DNA of 64,000 bases from an uncultured Oscillospiraceae bacterium (GCA_964619315.1 CAZUEH010000004.1:24285-88284); one strand, 5' to 3'. Numbered from the stretch's first letter, positions 26,694 through 38,013 are shown. Notes: a model not told the origin generated them from the sequence alone. Program-made: numbers and translations.

Positions 26694-27140
26694 CTACTCT
26701 GTTTCAACGATTACTTTCAATTTTGTGCTAACTTCAAAGTACAGTTTAATGTCTACTGACATTTCTCCAGTTTGTTTAATTGGAGCATCAAGCTGTATTT
26801 TCTTTTTGTCCACTTTTATGTCACACTGTTTGCTCAAAGCTTCCGCAATGTCCTTAGAGGTTATTGAGCCAAAGATTCTACCGCCCTCGCCAGCCTTTGT
26901 CTTAATGTTGACGGACACTGTTTCAATCTTTTTAGCAAGTGCTTGTGCCGCCGCTTTCTCTTCTGCTTTTTTTTCTGCTGCGATGGCCTTTTGTTTTTCA
27001 AGTTGTCTTATATTGCCGTCGGTCGCCTCTGTTGCAAGGCCCCTTGGGATTAACATGTTTCTTCCGTATCCGTCGCTAACTTTTACGACTTCACCGGCTT
27101 TTCCGGTTCCTTTTACATCTTTATTTAGAATAACAATCAT
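26694..27140 (-). CDS. rplI: 50S ribosomal protein L9
   Basis: 148 aa, beginning MIVILNKDVKGTGKAGEVVKVSDGYGRNMLIP. Confidence 0.9.
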   Translation of the reverse strand: MIVILNKDVKGTGKAGEVVKVSDGYGRNMLIPRGLATEATDGNIRQLEKQKAIAAEKKAEEKAAAQALAKKIETVSVNIKTKAGEGGRIFGSITSKDIAEALSKQCDIKVDKKKIQLDAPIKQTGEMSVDIKLYFEVSTKLKVIVETE

Positions 27141-28903
27141 TGTTCTACCTCCATGATCTGTAATATCTGGCTTATCGCCTCCTCAGGACTTATGTCTACC
27201 TGGGCTGCCGCCGTAGTCAAATGGCCTCCGCCATTAAATTTTTCCATTATTAGTTGCACGTTTACTTCTCCAAGGGAGCGAGCGCTTATAACCGTTTTTC
27301 CCTCGTCGTTTATTCCTGCAACGAAGCTTACTTTAACTCCTTTTATCGTTAAGAGTTGGTCTGCTATCTGTGCACAAATTACTTGCTCATCAGGATGTTT
27401 TTCATTGCAGATGGCCGTAATTATCCCAACCTCTCCAGCATTAAACATCTTTGCCTTGGCAAGGGTTTCCACCTTGATCATAAAGCTTTCTTTATCCTCT
27501 TGGAAAAATCTGCTTACTTCTGATGGGTCAGCACCTTGTCTTCTTAACCATGCAGCCGCCTCAAAAGTTCTTACCCCTGTTTTTATTGCAAAGTTATTGG
27601 TGTCTATAGTTATCCCTGCAAGAAGCGCCTCCGCTTCTAGTTTTTCTAATGATCTCTTGCTGGACATATATTGTAAAATTTCAGCAACCAGCTCACTAGT
27701 TGAGGATGCATATGACTCCATATATGCCAAAATTGCATTTTCTATAAAATCTTCGCCTCTTCTGTGATGGTCAATTATAACTACTCTTTCACATATGGAA
27801 AGAAGCTCTGGGCATTGAACCATGCTAGGTCTATGGGTATCTAATACAATCAGCAAGCTATCTTTGTCTGCTAAAGTCTTAGCCCTTTCGCTGGAAATAA
27901 ATTTGTACTCGTCACTTTCTCTCGCTTGTTTAAATATCGATTGAAGTGCTTCTTTGTAATTATCTATAACTATGTATGGTTCTCTTTCGCATAAAGCGCA
28001 AAGTCTCATGACTCCTAGCGATGCACCAAAGCAATCCATGTCAGGATTTTTATGTCCCATTATGAAAATCTTTTTAGATTGGTCTATGAGTTGTCTCAAC
28101 GCATGACCAACTATTCTGGATTTTCCTTTGTTTCTTTTTTCTACAGTCTGGAGTTTGCCTCCAAAATACTGCACTCGAGTATCTCTCTTAAGTACCGCCT
28201 GATCTCCGCCTCTTCCTAACGCCAAGTCTAAGGCCGCATCTGCGTATTCCTCTGTTTGGGCCGTGGTGCTACCACCTGCTCCTACTCCTATACTAAGACT
28301 TACAGGAAAGTCTGCTGCCGTTTCTATTTCTCTTATTTCGTCCAATATATTGAACTTTTCGGCAACTATTTTTTCAAGATACTTTTGCTCAAACGCTAAC
28401 AGATAAGTGTTGTTTTTCATTCTATTGACTGAAGCATCTGCCTTCTCGGCCCACTTCCTTATTATCTTATCGATCTCGTTTGGTGTCGAAATCCTAACCT
28501 CTTGCGGCGTGTTAGCCAGAAGTTCATCATAATTATCTATTTGTACCTTGGCTATACAGATTTTTTCTGCATAATATTTATCTTTGAGTTCTTCTAAACT
28601 TGTAACGTCCTCAAACAAAATATTCAGATACTCTTCCCCGTTGAGCTCAATCTTTTGGCATACGAGTTTGAATATCCTATCATTCCTTTGAAGTAACGGG
28701 TGTGTTTCCTCTTCGGCTGCAGTATATAGGTCTGCGGCTTTGAATCCTGTTAAGGCGAAAATATCTGCGCCCTCGATTCCATCGTATAAAAATACTTCGC
28801 CAATCTTCTCTCCGGCACACAAAACTTTGCCGTTTTTATTGATTGCACAAACAGGCAATGGGATATATGACGATATGAACTTTTCAAGCTTTGTTGCTGA
28901 CAT
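27137..28903 (-). CDS. gdpP: GdpP-like DHH/DHHA1 phosphodiesterase (PAS, degenerate GGDEF, DHH, DHHA1) lacking N-terminal TM helices
   Basis: The 588 aa ORF has the DHH motif IIDHHRR and the DHHA1 motif GGGH. It is in conserved synteny upstream of rplI and the helicase gene. The N-terminus MSATKLEKFISSYIPLPVCAINKNGK is soluble and PAS-like. Confidence 0.7.
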   Translation of the reverse strand: MSATKLEKFISSYIPLPVCAINKNGKVLCAGEKIGEVFLYDGIEGADIFALTGFKAADLYTAAEEETHPLLQRNDRIFKLVCQKIELNGEEYLNILFEDVTSLEELKDKYYAEKICIAKVQIDNYDELLANTPQEVRISTPNEIDKIIRKWAEKADASVNRMKNNTYLLAFEQKYLEKIVAEKFNILDEIREIETAADFPVSLSIGVGAGGSTTAQTEEYADAALDLALGRGGDQAVLKRDTRVQYFGGKLQTVEKRNKGKSRIVGHALRQLIDQSKKIFIMGHKNPDMDCFGASLGVMRLCALCEREPYIVIDNYKEALQSIFKQARESDEYKFISSERAKTLADKDSLLIVLDTHRPSMVQCPELLSICERVVIIDHHRRGEDFIENAILAYMESYASSTSELVAEILQYMSSKRSLEKLEAEALLAGITIDTNNFAIKTGVRTFEAAAWLRRQGADPSEVSRFFQEDKESFMIKVETLAKAKMFNAGEVGIITAICNEKHPDEQVICAQIADQLLTIKGVKVSFVAGINDEGKTVISARSLGEVNVQLIMEKFNGGGHLTTAAAQVDISPEEAISQILQIMEVEQ

Positions 28904-29047
28904 AATTCTCTCCCCATAGGCACTGTTTTTTATAACAAAGCCTATTTATTTTATCACTTACCACGCTTTTTTTAGTGTTGATTATGTGATAATCTACGGT
29001 TTTAGCTATCGTACCCTATATTGTACCACATATCCCATTTTTTTTCA

Positions 29048-29575
29048 TCACCAAAATCCACGGAGGCTCTTGCTTTGCCCTAGGCTTTCCCCACACTTGC
29101 CGCACCTGTATTTTTCTGGGTTCTTTATCAGCGGGCACATACGCTTTCGCCTGTATTCTTGTCCACAATTCTTGCATTTTATTACATAATTGATCTTTTC
29201 CATGCCACCAGGTTCTGGAATTCCAATCTCCTTATAATCTATCGTTCTTCTTATCTCGTATCCCAACTGTTTCTCTACTAAGGCTCCGTATGTCTGCCAT
29301 TTTTTTCCATGATCGAAGCATCCCGGACAGGTATGGAGTAATTCGTGGGCGATGATTCTTTTTATATCGTCCTCGCTACAATCAAGTGCATGTTTCGATA
29401 TTTCTATCGTATATGTCGGCGCACACAAAGGCTTTTTCTCAATCATGCACCCTCCGAGCCTTCTCTTGACTCTACTATTAACTTTTATCTCTTTTATGTT
29501 CTTCGATATGGGTATGTCAATCTCTATGAGCTCTTGACTTACCTCCATCAACAGTTGATGCAATTTTTCTTTCAT
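29048..29575 (-). CDS. SprT-like zinc metalloprotease-domain protein with a C-terminal zinc ribbon
   Basis: The 175 aa ORF has an HExxH motif (IIAHELLHT). The C-terminus has CKNCGQ...CGKCG. Confidence 0.6.
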   Translation of the reverse strand: MKEKLHQLLMEVSQELIEIDIPISKNIKEIKVNSRVKRRLGGCMIEKKPLCAPTYTIEISKHALDCSEDDIKRIIAHELLHTCPGCFDHGKKWQTYGALVEKQLGYEIRRTIDYKEIGIPEPGGMEKINYVIKCKNCGQEYRRKRMCPLIKNPEKYRCGKCGESLGQSKSLRGFW

Positions 29576-29691
29576 GAATATAAATGCCTTTCGGAGTTCC
29601 TCGAATATACTTTTGCTTTTGATTCACAAAGGGCTGAGAACACAAGTTTTCAGCCCTTTGGTTTTAAGTTTGATAAATAATTTTCTATGTG

Positions 29692-31557
29692 CTATTTTTC
29701 TTTAATGTACCTATTCAATGTCTTGATTACAGTATCAAAATCAATTGGCTTTGATATGTGTTCGTTCATCCCTGCCTCAATGCTTTTTTCTATATCTTCT
29801 TTGTAGGCATTGGCCGTCATCGCTATGATTGGTACCGTTTTCGCATCTTCTCTATCAAGTGCACGGATCGCCTTTGTTGTATCATATCCGTTCATGTTTG
29901 GCATTTGAACATCCATGAAAATCAATTCATAAAATCCTTCTTCTGAGGATGCGAATTTTTCTACCGCTATAATTCCGTCAGCAGCGGTTTCAATTATAAT
30001 TCCTGTTTCTTCAAGGAGTGCCGTCAATATTACCAAGTTTATTTCAACATCTTCGGCAATCAGTAGGCGGTGACCTTTTAGATCCGAATCATCGTTTGAA
30101 GGACATTCTTTACTCGAAAGCTCATTGGTTTTTTCAAAATTCAAAGTGAAGTAGAATTTTGATCCTTCACCCTCTTTGCTTTCAACTACTATATTTCCTC
30201 CCATCATATGGGTTAAGTTCTGACTAATTGCAAGGCCTAAGCCTGTTCCTCCATAGTTAGAGTGAATGCTCTTGTCCACTTGCTCAAAGGCTTTGAACAA
30301 CAGTGGTATTCTATCTTCAGCAATTCCTATACCGTTATCTTCAACCGAAAAATAAACTTCAACATTTTTCTCGTCAATGGAATGGGATTTGATAGTAAGC
30401 TGAACCTTGCCATTTTCCTCACTTGTAAACTTCACTGCATTGCTCAGAAGATTAAATAGAATCTGTTTTATTCTCATTCGATCCCCTTTGACCAATCCTT
30501 CTGGCAGCTCAATGTTGTCATGATTAAAGGTTATCTCTCGCTCATTTGCCTTAACATTAGTAAGCTGAATAACATCTTCAACCACCGCACCTAAGCCAAT
30601 CGCCTCATTATCAATTACAAACTTGCCGGATTCGATTTTTGACATATCCAGCACATCGTTTACAAGGTCTAACAAATGCAGCGAGGCCTTTGAGATTTCC
30701 GTCAATGTGTAATCAGTTTCGTTCTTACTTTCCATTCTGTTTGCCAGCTGTGTCATGCCAATAATAGCGTTCAGCGGCGTCCTTATTTCATGGCTCATTC
30801 GAGCAAGGAACTCACTTTTTGCATTCGATGCAACGTTTGCAGCTTCTGTTTGGCGTTCTAATTCAGCCGTTCTCTCTTTAACAGTAATCTCTAGTTTGTC
30901 ATTATTTTCTAAAAGTTGAACACTTTTCAAGAAGTTGGCAACATACATTTGGTAAATAAGTATTGAAGTGCAGGATATAAGAACTGTAATTATTATCAGA
31001 TTGGTCCATGTGTCAGTAATTAAAATCGAATCTGAGGTGTTCACCTGATTTCTTGTCGCAAAAAGAGCAAACCACAAATATGCAAAGGCTCCCCCTATTG
31101 TGCAAACACTCTGTATCGGGTGTATTATTGGGAATAATCCAACTATTAGAATTGCTATTATGTAACTATTGACGCCGCCTGTTGATAAAATATTAAGCGT
31201 ACAGAAGATCATCTGTATTATAAGATAGGTATATAGAAGGCTGTTTGTCGTGACCTTTTTTATCCACGCGGCCTTTAGTTTTTCCTTTTTAATAAGCGTC
31301 AAAATCACGAAATATATTATGCCGAGGGCTAGAGTCCCCATAGACAGGAAAATATATATCATGATATCGCTTGATTTTGAATCTGCTGGTTTAAAGATAT
31401 TGATGACATTAAGTACAATTTGCATCACAATTATGTAAATCGAAAACACATACATACGTGAAACATTGGTTTTAGCAATTGCTGCGCCAAATTTTGCTTT
31501 ATACTCTTTAGGTACGGTTATTCTAAAGAGATTGTCTACACTAAACCTCTTTTTCAT
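29692..31557 (-). CDS. hybrid sensor histidine kinase/response regulator (multi-TM sensor, HisKA, HATPase_c, REC)
   Basis: The H-box is [15 protein letters not shown], the N/G boxes include DNGIGI and GGTGLGLAI, and the C-terminal receiver has [12 protein letters not shown]. The N-terminus has about 6 TM segments. Confidence 0.8.
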   Translation of the reverse strand: MKKRFSVDNLFRITVPKEYKAKFGAAIAKTNVSRMYVFSIYIIVMQIVLNVINIFKPADSKSSDIMIYIFLSMGTLALGIIYFVILTLIKKEKLKAAWIKKVTTNSLLYTYLIIQMIFCTLNILSTGGVNSYIIAILIVGLFPIIHPIQSVCTIGGAFAYLWFALFATRNQVNTSDSILITDTWTNLIIITVLISCTSILIYQMYVANFLKSVQLLENNDKLEITVKERTAELERQTEAANVASNAKSEFLARMSHEIRTPLNAIIGMTQLANRMESKNETDYTLTEISKASLHLLDLVNDVLDMSKIESGKFVIDNEAIGLGAVVEDVIQLTNVKANEREITFNHDNIELPEGLVKGDRMRIKQILFNLLSNAVKFTSEENGKVQLTIKSHSIDEKNVEVYFSVEDNGIGIAEDRIPLLFKAFEQVDKSIHSNYGGTGLGLAISQNLTHMMGGNIVVESKEGEGSKFYFTLNFEKTNELSSKECPSNDDSDLKGHRLLIAEDVEINLVILTALLEETGIIIETAADGIIAVEKFASSEEGFYELIFMDVQMPNMNGYDTTKAIRALDREDAKTVPIIAMTANAYKEDIEKSIEAGMNEHISKPIDFDTVIKTLNRYIKEK

Positions 31558-31811
31558 ATCTACCTCTATATAATTTCTTGTAAGTATTAATAAGAAAGTT
31601 TACTCTGCAAAGTCTTAGCCTTTCAACGGCTCATGTATGTATAAGTATAATATAAATGTGGCAGAATTTCAACAAACTTATTATGTAGTAACGGCACTTT
31701 GGCATAAAATATAATGCCAAATGTTTTAGAAAGTGTGCTTCCATGATTCAAGTGGTAAATATTGGTAATTCATGCAGTGTTCTTGCCCTCCTTCTACGCC
31801 AAAGCCCTTAT

Positions 31812-31840
31812 ATAAAAAAAGATACCGTTTACACGGTATC
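31812..31840 (-). terminator. intrinsic terminator after the DUF1294 gene
   Basis: The minus strand reads GATACCGTG-TA-AACGGTATC followed by TTTTTTTAT. Confidence 0.65.
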
Positions 31841-31887
31841 TCCAAAATTTAATATTAAGTTTGGTCTTTTGTCTGTTCTCTATACTT

Positions 31888-32169
31888 CTACAGAATGTTT
31901 ATATAAAACAATCCATAAATCACTGCTGCATTTGCTATAATTCCTATCGGCATAAGAATCTTGAACTTCATCTTTTGTGTTTTATGGTTAAAAGCCATTG
32001 CGCCTATAGTTATCCCTAGTGCGCCCATTGCAAAGTTTATGGTCAGCAATGTTTTTTCGCTTATTCGGGATTTGTCCACTTTTGCCCTATGCTTATCAAT
32101 TCCCATCATTATAAAGGTAATCAGATTCCATAAAACCATTATAATTATCAGTAGTTTCATGTGAAACAT
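31888..32169 (-). CDS. DUF1294 family small membrane protein
   Basis: The 93 aa ORF has MGIDKHRAKVDKSRISEKTLL followed by TM segments, typical of DUF1294. Confidence 0.6.
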   Translation of the reverse strand: MFHMKLLIIIMVLWNLITFIMMGIDKHRAKVDKSRISEKTLLTINFAMGALGITIGAMAFNHKTQKMKFKILMPIGIIANAAVIYGLFYINIL

Positions 32170-32174
32170 CTCCT

Positions 32175-33068
32175 TTATTTAAGTGTTTTCAATAGGTCCA
32201 AGAGTCTCTCTCTTTCATCTTTGGAATAATATTCTATTTCTATCTTACCCTTTGATTTGCCATCACCGATGGTAACCTTGGCACCCAAAATGTTTTTTAG
32301 GTCCTCTTCGACTCTTGCGATGTTAGGATCTTTTTTCTTCGACGCTGGTTTTCTTTTCTTTGTGGTTGCTCCTTGCACGGCCATTTTTTCCACTTCTCTA
32401 ACAGAAAGACCCTCATCAATAATTTTATTCCATAGATTCTTTCTCGTTTCTTCGTCTGAAACAGTTATTAGAGTTCTTCCATGAGCTGCCGACATCTTCC
32501 CTAAAGAGATGCTTTCCTTTATATATTCCGGCAATTTTAGAAGTCTCATTGAATTTGTTATGTATGGTCTGCTTTTGCCCACGCTTTTGGAAACTTGCTC
32601 TTGCGTTAGTCCAAAGTTTTCAGTCATTTGTCTAAGACCTTCGGCTTCTTCTATCGGGTTCAAGTCCTCACGCTGCATATTTTCTATAATGGCAATGAGC
32701 ATGTTTTGCTCATCATCAAACTCTCTTACAAGGCACGGAACCTGTGCAAGTTCAGCTTTGATAGCTGCTCGCCATCTTCGCTCCCCTGCAACAATTTCAA
32801 ATCCTTTGTTTTTTCTTCTAACTACTATAGGTTGAATTATCCCATGTTCTTTGATAGATGCTGCTAACTCACCTATTTTTTCTTCATTAAACGTTTTGCG
32901 GGGCTGATTAGCATTTGGCATTATGTCATGGATCTTTATATACTGCACCGCATCTTGATCGTTTGTAATTTCTTTGGTTGCGGGTTTTTCAACGGAAGCT
33001 TTGGCTGGAGCATCGGCAAAAAGCGCGTCTAAGCCTCTTCCTAATCCGCCTTTTTTTGCTGTTGACAT
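32175..33068 (-). CDS. parB: chromosome partitioning protein ParB/Spo0J
   Basis: The 297 aa ORF has the motifs GLGRGLDALF, IIQPIVVRR and GERRWRAA. Confidence 0.9.
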   Translation of the reverse strand: MSTAKKGGLGRGLDALFADAPAKASVEKPATKEITNDQDAVQYIKIHDIMPNANQPRKTFNEEKIGELAASIKEHGIIQPIVVRRKNKGFEIVAGERRWRAAIKAELAQVPCLVREFDDEQNMLIAIIENMQREDLNPIEEAEGLRQMTENFGLTQEQVSKSVGKSRPYITNSMRLLKLPEYIKESISLGKMSAAHGRTLITVSDEETRKNLWNKIIDEGLSVREVEKMAVQGATTKKRKPASKKKDPNIARVEEDLKNILGAKVTIGDGKSKGKIEIEYYSKDERERLLDLLKTLK

Positions 33069-33069
33069 A

Positions 33070-33840
33070 CTACTCCTCCTCTAGCTCAAGAAATTCTTCA
33101 GCGAAGTCTATGTACGCTTCTGCTCCTTTTGATTTAGGATCGTACTCTGTAATAGGTAACCCATAGCTTGGCGCTTCTGCTAATCTTACATTACGCGGAA
33201 TCACTGTGGAGTATACCTTGCCTCCGAAATATTTTTTTACCTCTTGAACCACTTGTGCTGATAGGTTGGTTCTTCCATCAAACATGCTAAGAATAACCCC
33301 TTGCACTTCCAGCTCTGGGTTTAGGCTTTTCTTTACTAGTTCTATGGTGCTCACCAATTGGCTTACGCCTTCCAACGCATAAAATTCGCATTGAATAGGA
33401 ATTAGCACGCTATCTACCGCCGCCAATGAGTTTATAGTCAATAGTCCTAGTGACGGAGGGCAGTCGATGAAGATATAGTCATACTCGTCTTTTACTTTAT
33501 CAAGACCAGCTTTTAATGCGGTTTCTCTTCTTTCAACCTGAACTAACTCAACTTCTGCACCGGCCAAGTCAACACTTGCAGGTATCAAGTCAAGATTCTC
33601 TGTATCCGTCTTCATTATAGCATCTCTTATGTCGTATTCACTATCTACGAGAATGTTATAAATAGTGTCCTCCAAGCCTTTCTTGGCAATTCCAAGTCCG
33701 CTTGTAGTGTTCCCTTGTGGATCTATGTCCAACACTAAAATCTTTTTCCCCTTCAAGGCCAGGCAGGCTGCCAGGTTTATATTGGTTGTAGTTTTTCCTA
33801 CACCACCTTTTTGGTTGAATATTGCTATTGCTTTTCCCAA
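33070..33840 (-). CDS. soj: chromosome partitioning ATPase ParA/Soj
   Basis: A deviant Walker A, NQKGGVGKTT, is present. I set the start at the TTG at 33838-33840, which lies 7 nt after an AGGAGG SD and gives MGKAIAIFNQKGG. The ORF-track start at 33894 has no SD. Confidence 0.9.
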   Translation of the reverse strand: MGKAIAIFNQKGGVGKTTTNINLAACLALKGKKILVLDIDPQGNTTSGLGIAKKGLEDTIYNILVDSEYDIRDAIMKTDTENLDLIPASVDLAGAEVELVQVERRETALKAGLDKVKDEYDYIFIDCPPSLGLLTINSLAAVDSVLIPIQCEFYALEGVSQLVSTIELVKKSLNPELEVQGVILSMFDGRTNLSAQVVQEVKKYFGGKVYSTVIPRNVRLAEAPSYGLPITEYDPKSKGAEAYIDFAEEFLELEEE

Positions 33841-33921
33841 AATACTTCCTCCTATTTTATGTCTGCTGTTATTATATAATATTTTCACACTCATTACTAT
33901 AGTTATTGTTAAAAAAATAGA

Positions 33922-33937
33922 TGTTTCACGTGAAACA
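33922..33937. other. parS centromere-like site, perfect match to the consensus
   Basis: TGTTTCACGTGAAACA matches the Firmicute parS consensus TGTTNCACGTGAAACA. It is embedded in a 24 bp perfect palindrome at 33918-33941, between rsmG and soj. Confidence 0.85.
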
Positions 33938-34029
33938 TCTATCTATTTTTAGCTTTCCTGTTGGTCTGGCTGGGAGCGTACGGCTTTGCTATTTGTTTCC
34001 ATTTTTTCCCATTTATGTCAATTCTCGAT

Positions 34030-34740
34030 TTACCTTATTGGCTCTTTTGCAGGGGTTCCTGCTTTTCTCGGGTACTTTGATCCCGTTTTGTCTGTCTTTT
34101 TTATTAGCACTATCTTGTGCTCGTCTCCGACTTGGTGAAGCGGTGTCGGCGCCATTCTTTCATATTCGCCACCTAAAATTTTGATAGCCTTTTGAGCAGT
34201 TTCCAGCTCCGCCTCGGAGTCTGCGCCCTTGTAGGCAACCATATATCCTCCCACTTTTACGAATGGCAAGCAATATTCGCTAAGGACGGTTAGATTTGAT
34301 ACGGCCCTTGAGACACAAAGGTCATAGCCTTCTCTATGGCGAGGATTTCTAGCCAAATCTTCGGCTCTTGCATGAACCGTTTTGACGTTTTTTATTCCTA
34401 TAGCTTCGCAAAGTTCGTCAATGATTTTCAGTTTTTTGTTTAGGGAATCAGCAAGAATGAATTCTTTTTCTGGAGACAAAATCGCCAACGGAACTCCCGG
34501 GAAGCCTGCGCCTGTTCCCATATCTAACACTTTATTTGCTTTTACGTATTCTGGCAAATTAAAACAGGCTGCCGAATCCACAAAGTGCTTAATAGTGAAT
34601 TCCTTAGGATCTCTTATGGCCGTTAAGTTGACCATTTCGTTCCATTGAAGCACGCCACTGCGATATGCGTCAAACTTTCTGAGCATATCTTCGTCGTAAG
34701 GCATTTTGTTTTCTTCGAAATATTCTATAAGTTGTTTCAC
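34030..34740 (-). CDS. rsmG: 16S rRNA (guanine527-N7)-methyltransferase RsmG (GidB)
   Basis: The 236 aa ORF has the SAM motif LDMGTGAGFPGVPLAI. It follows mnmG. Confidence 0.9.
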   Translation of the reverse strand: MKQLIEYFEENKMPYDEDMLRKFDAYRSGVLQWNEMVNLTAIRDPKEFTIKHFVDSAACFNLPEYVKANKVLDMGTGAGFPGVPLAILSPEKEFILADSLNKKLKIIDELCEAIGIKNVKTVHARAEDLARNPRHREGYDLCVSRAVSNLTVLSEYCLPFVKVGGYMVAYKGADSEAELETAQKAIKILGGEYERMAPTPLHQVGDEHKIVLIKKTDKTGSKYPRKAGTPAKEPIR

Positions 34741-36620
34741 TATTTTCCTCTTCTTCTTTTCTCCAAATATACAAGGAGAACATTGATGTCTGCTGGTGAT
34801 ACTCCAGAAATTCTCGAGGCTTGGCCTAAAGATTCTGGCTTTATCTGGTTTAGTTTTTGCGATGCTTCAATTCTTAGTCCATCGATTTTTTCGTAGTCAA
34901 GTTCGTGGTCGAGTTTCTTGTTTTCTAATTTTTTGAATCGTTCTATTTGGGCGAGCTGCTTTTGGATATATCCTTCATATTTTATATGAACTTCTAATTG
35001 TGTTACCTCATGATAAGAAAGTTCAGGTCGAGTTTCATCATCTATTTGCGCCAAGTCTTTGTATGTGATCTGCGGTCTCTTTAAAAGATCTGCCATAGAA
35101 ATTCTTGACTGTACTGGCGAGGTTTCATGTGCTTCCAAAAATTCATTTATCTCTTTTGGTGTAAATGTTTTTTGGTTCAATCTTTCAAGCTCTTTTCCAA
35201 CATTTTCCTTTTTTGCCAAATATCGCTTATATCGCTCCTCAGAGGCCAATCCGACTTCATATCCCTTGTCTGTCAAACGCAAATCTGCGTTGTCTTGCCT
35301 CAGAACCAGCCTATATTCCGCTCTGGACGTCATTATTCTGTAAGGTTCATTAGTCCCTTTTGTCACCAAATCGTCGATTAGAACGCCAATATAAGCCTCG
35401 TTTCTTCCCAGAACTAGCGGATTTTTTGACGAAATTTTGCGAACTGCATTAATTCCTGCCATCAATCCCTGAGCTGCCGCTTCTTCATATCCGGAGCTTC
35501 CATTAAATTGTCCTGCGCAAAAAAGATTTTCAATCTGTCTATTTTCTAAACTCAATTTTAAATCTTGAGGGTCGATGCAATAATACTCGATCGCATAGGC
35601 CGGTCTAACTATTCTAAGATTTTCAAGTCCTGGTATTGTTTTGTAAAAAGCAAGTTGAACATCCTCAGGCAAGCTAGATGACATTCCTTGTATATACATT
35701 TCGTCAGTATCCAAACCTTCGGGTTCTACGAAAAGTTGATGCCTCTCTTTGTCCGCAAATCTATTTACTTTATCCTCGATGGACGGACAATATCTTGGGC
35801 CGATTCCCTCTATCTGTCCTCCGAACAAAGCCGATCGATGAAAATTAGCTCGAATCACTTTATGAGTTTCTTCATTAGTATATGTAAGCCAGCAAGAAAT
35901 TTTATTTCCTCCCACCTTATCGTTCAGGAAAGAAAACGGAACCGTTTCCTCGTCGCCTTTCTGCTCCTGCATTTTGGAATAATCCAAACTGCTTCCTAAA
36001 CATCTAGCCGGTGTGCCAGTTTTAAACCTACGAAGTTTCATTCCGTGCTTCTTTAAATTTTCTGCTAACTCGTTAGATGGCGCAAGGCCGTTAGGCCCAC
36101 TTTCAAATGCGCTACTCCCGATAAAAATCTTTCCGTTTAAGAAAGTTCCCGTTGTCAGGATTACTGCCTTTGCCTCATAACAAGTCCCGGTCTTTGTAAC
36201 GACTCCCGTCACCTTACCGTCTTCAATAATCAAGTCCGTCACTTCCCCCTGTTTCATGTCCAGGTTAGGTGTTGACTCGATAGTCTTTTTCATTTCTATA
36301 TGGTAGCGATTTTTATCTGCCTGTGCCCTAAGGGAATGTACCGCAGGCCCTTTAGCAGTGTTGAGCATTTTGCACTGAATAAAGGTCTTATCAATATTGC
36401 AGCCCATTTCTCCGCCAAGTGCATCTATCTCTCTAACTAGGTGACCTTTTCCGGTTCCCCCTATAGACGGATTGCACGGCATCATTGCTACCGCTTCTAA
36501 GTTCATGGAAAACATCAATGTTCTTTTGCCCATTCGGCTTGCAGCAAGAGCAGCTTCGCAACCAGCATGGCCAGCGCCTACTACAATCACATCGTATTCT
36601 CCCATAAAAATTCTTTCCAT
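34740..36620 (-). CDS. mnmG: tRNA uridine 5-carboxymethylaminomethyl modification enzyme MnmG (GidA)
   Basis: The 626 aa ORF has the FAD motif [16 protein letters not shown]. An alternative start 5 codons in is possible. Confidence 0.95.
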   Translation of the reverse strand: MERIFMGEYDVIVVGAGHAGCEAALAASRMGKRTLMFSMNLEAVAMMPCNPSIGGTGKGHLVREIDALGGEMGCNIDKTFIQCKMLNTAKGPAVHSLRAQADKNRYHIEMKKTIESTPNLDMKQGEVTDLIIEDGKVTGVVTKTGTCYEAKAVILTTGTFLNGKIFIGSSAFESGPNGLAPSNELAENLKKHGMKLRRFKTGTPARCLGSSLDYSKMQEQKGDEETVPFSFLNDKVGGNKISCWLTYTNEETHKVIRANFHRSALFGGQIEGIGPRYCPSIEDKVNRFADKERHQLFVEPEGLDTDEMYIQGMSSSLPEDVQLAFYKTIPGLENLRIVRPAYAIEYYCIDPQDLKLSLENRQIENLFCAGQFNGSSGYEEAAAQGLMAGINAVRKISSKNPLVLGRNEAYIGVLIDDLVTKGTNEPYRIMTSRAEYRLVLRQDNADLRLTDKGYEVGLASEERYKRYLAKKENVGKELERLNQKTFTPKEINEFLEAHETSPVQSRISMADLLKRPQITYKDLAQIDDETRPELSYHEVTQLEVHIKYEGYIQKQLAQIERFKKLENKKLDHELDYEKIDGLRIEASQKLNQIKPESLGQASRISGVSPADINVLLVYLEKRRRGK

Positions 36621-36642
36621 TATATATAAAGTCCTTTCAAAC

Positions 36643-38013
36643 TTATTTTCCTAAACAAAATCTTTCAAACACCTTGTCAATTATATCAGAGGTTGCCGTC
36701 TCTCCAATTATTTCTCCCAGAGCCTCGTATGCCCTGTTTACATCAATCTCGATAAATTCCAAAGGTTCTCTTATTTCAGTCATTTGCAAAGCATCCGCCA
36801 GACTCTGGCTTCCTTCTTCCAAAAGATTTTTGTGGCGAAGGTTCGTCACCAGCATATTTTCTCCATGACTTACTTGACCTCCATACACCATGTCCTCTAT
36901 GGCTGCTGCCAACTCTTTTGACCCTTTGCCATCAATCAACGCAGTCTCTATTATAACTGCCTGAGGCATTGCTTTGGTTAGTTTCGCTGCTGTAATCACA
37001 GAGCCTTTATCTCTTTTGTTAAGCAGAATTATAGCTTTGCGATCTGCAATATAATCAATTATTTCGTGATCCTCTGGATCAAGGTCGTTGCTTCCATCAA
37101 TTACGAAGACAACTAAATCCGAATTATTAAAAGCCTCTTTGCTCTTCTCAATTCCTATTTTTTCTATTACGTCCTCAGTCTCATGGATGCCGGCTGTATC
37201 TGTTAACACAACAGGAATGTTGTTTATTACAAGCCTTTCCTCTATTGTATCTCTTGTGGTTCCCGGGATATCTGTTACTATGGCTCTGTTCTCGCCGATA
37301 AGAGTGTTCATCAAGGAGGACTTTCCTACATTAGGTTTTCCTACTATTGATACTTTTAATCCCTCTCTGATTATTCGCCCTGTGTTAGCAGTGGACAATA
37401 GCTTGACTATTTTGTCCCTTGTATTTTTCAACGCCTCCGACAATTTTTCGTAGGTCATTTCTTCAATGTCCTCGTCTGGATAATCAATGTTTACCGTAAG
37501 GCTCACCAATATATCCACAAGGTCTGCACGTATTTCCTTTATTTTTGCAGAAAAAGCTCCTTCAAGCTGGTCGAGGGCTACATCGAAAGTTTTTTCAGTC
37601 TTGGCTTTGATCAAATCGATTACAGCTTCTGCCTGTGACAAATCAAGGCGTCCATTCAAAAATGCTCTTTTGGTGAATTCTCCTTTTTCAGCAAGTCTTC
37701 CGCCATTTTTCAATACTAAGTCCAAAATTTTTCTTAAAGAAATAATGCTGCCATGACATTGTATTTCTACTACATCTTCAGCCGTATATGTACGAGGGCC
37801 TTTCATATATACAGACATTACCTCGTCTATTTTCTTGCCACTTTCAGGATCTATTATGTGACCATAAGCAAGCGTTCTGCTTTTTATGTTTTCGGACACA
37901 GGAACAAAGACCTTCTTCAAAATTGTCAAGGCCTCTTCTCCGCTTATTCTTACTATTCCTATTCCGCCCTCGCCTTGGGCCGTTGCAATAGCAACAATTG
38001 TATCTTCCATCAT
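36643..38013 (-). CDS. mnmE: tRNA modification GTPase MnmE (TrmE)
   Basis: The 456 aa ORF has the G1 motif GKPNVGKSS, the G3 motif DTAG, and the C-terminal motif FCLGK. Confidence 0.95.
   Translation of the reverse strand: MMEDTIVAIATAQGEGGIGIVRISGEEALTILKKVFVPVSENIKSRTLAYGHIIDPESGKKIDEVMSVYMKGPRTYTAEDVVEIQCHGSIISLRKILDLVLKNGGRLAEKGEFTKRAFLNGRLDLSQAEAVIDLIKAKTEKTFDVALDQLEGAFSAKIKEIRADLVDILVSLTVNIDYPDEDIEEMTYEKLSEALKNTRDKIVKLLSTANTGRIIREGLKVSIVGKPNVGKSSLMNTLIGENRAIVTDIPGTTRDTIEERLVINNIPVVLTDTAGIHETEDVIEKIGIEKSKEAFNNSDLVVFVIDGSNDLDPEDHEIIDYIADRKAIILLNKRDKGSVITAAKLTKAMPQAVIIETALIDGKGSKELAAAIEDMVYGGQVSHGENMLVTNLRHKNLLEEGSQSLADALQMTEIREPLEFIEIDVNRAYEALGEIIGETATSDIIDKVFERFCLGK

Noticed and set aside
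31698-31721. Hairpin TTTGGCAT-AAAATATA-ATGCCAAA with adjacent GGCAC, considered as a second sigma-54 promoter or a terminator
   Set aside because: No TTGC -12 element lies at the correct spacing on either strand. On the plus strand it looks terminator-like, but no plus-strand gene ends upstream. On the minus strand it has no T-tract. I left it as an unexplained hairpin upstream of the hybrid kinase gene.
33841-33894. Upstream extension of soj (MSVKILYNNSRHKIGGSI...)
   Set aside because: An AGGAGG SD lies inside the extension, positioned for the TTG at 33838-33840. That start gives the canonical ParA N-terminus directly before the deviant Walker A.
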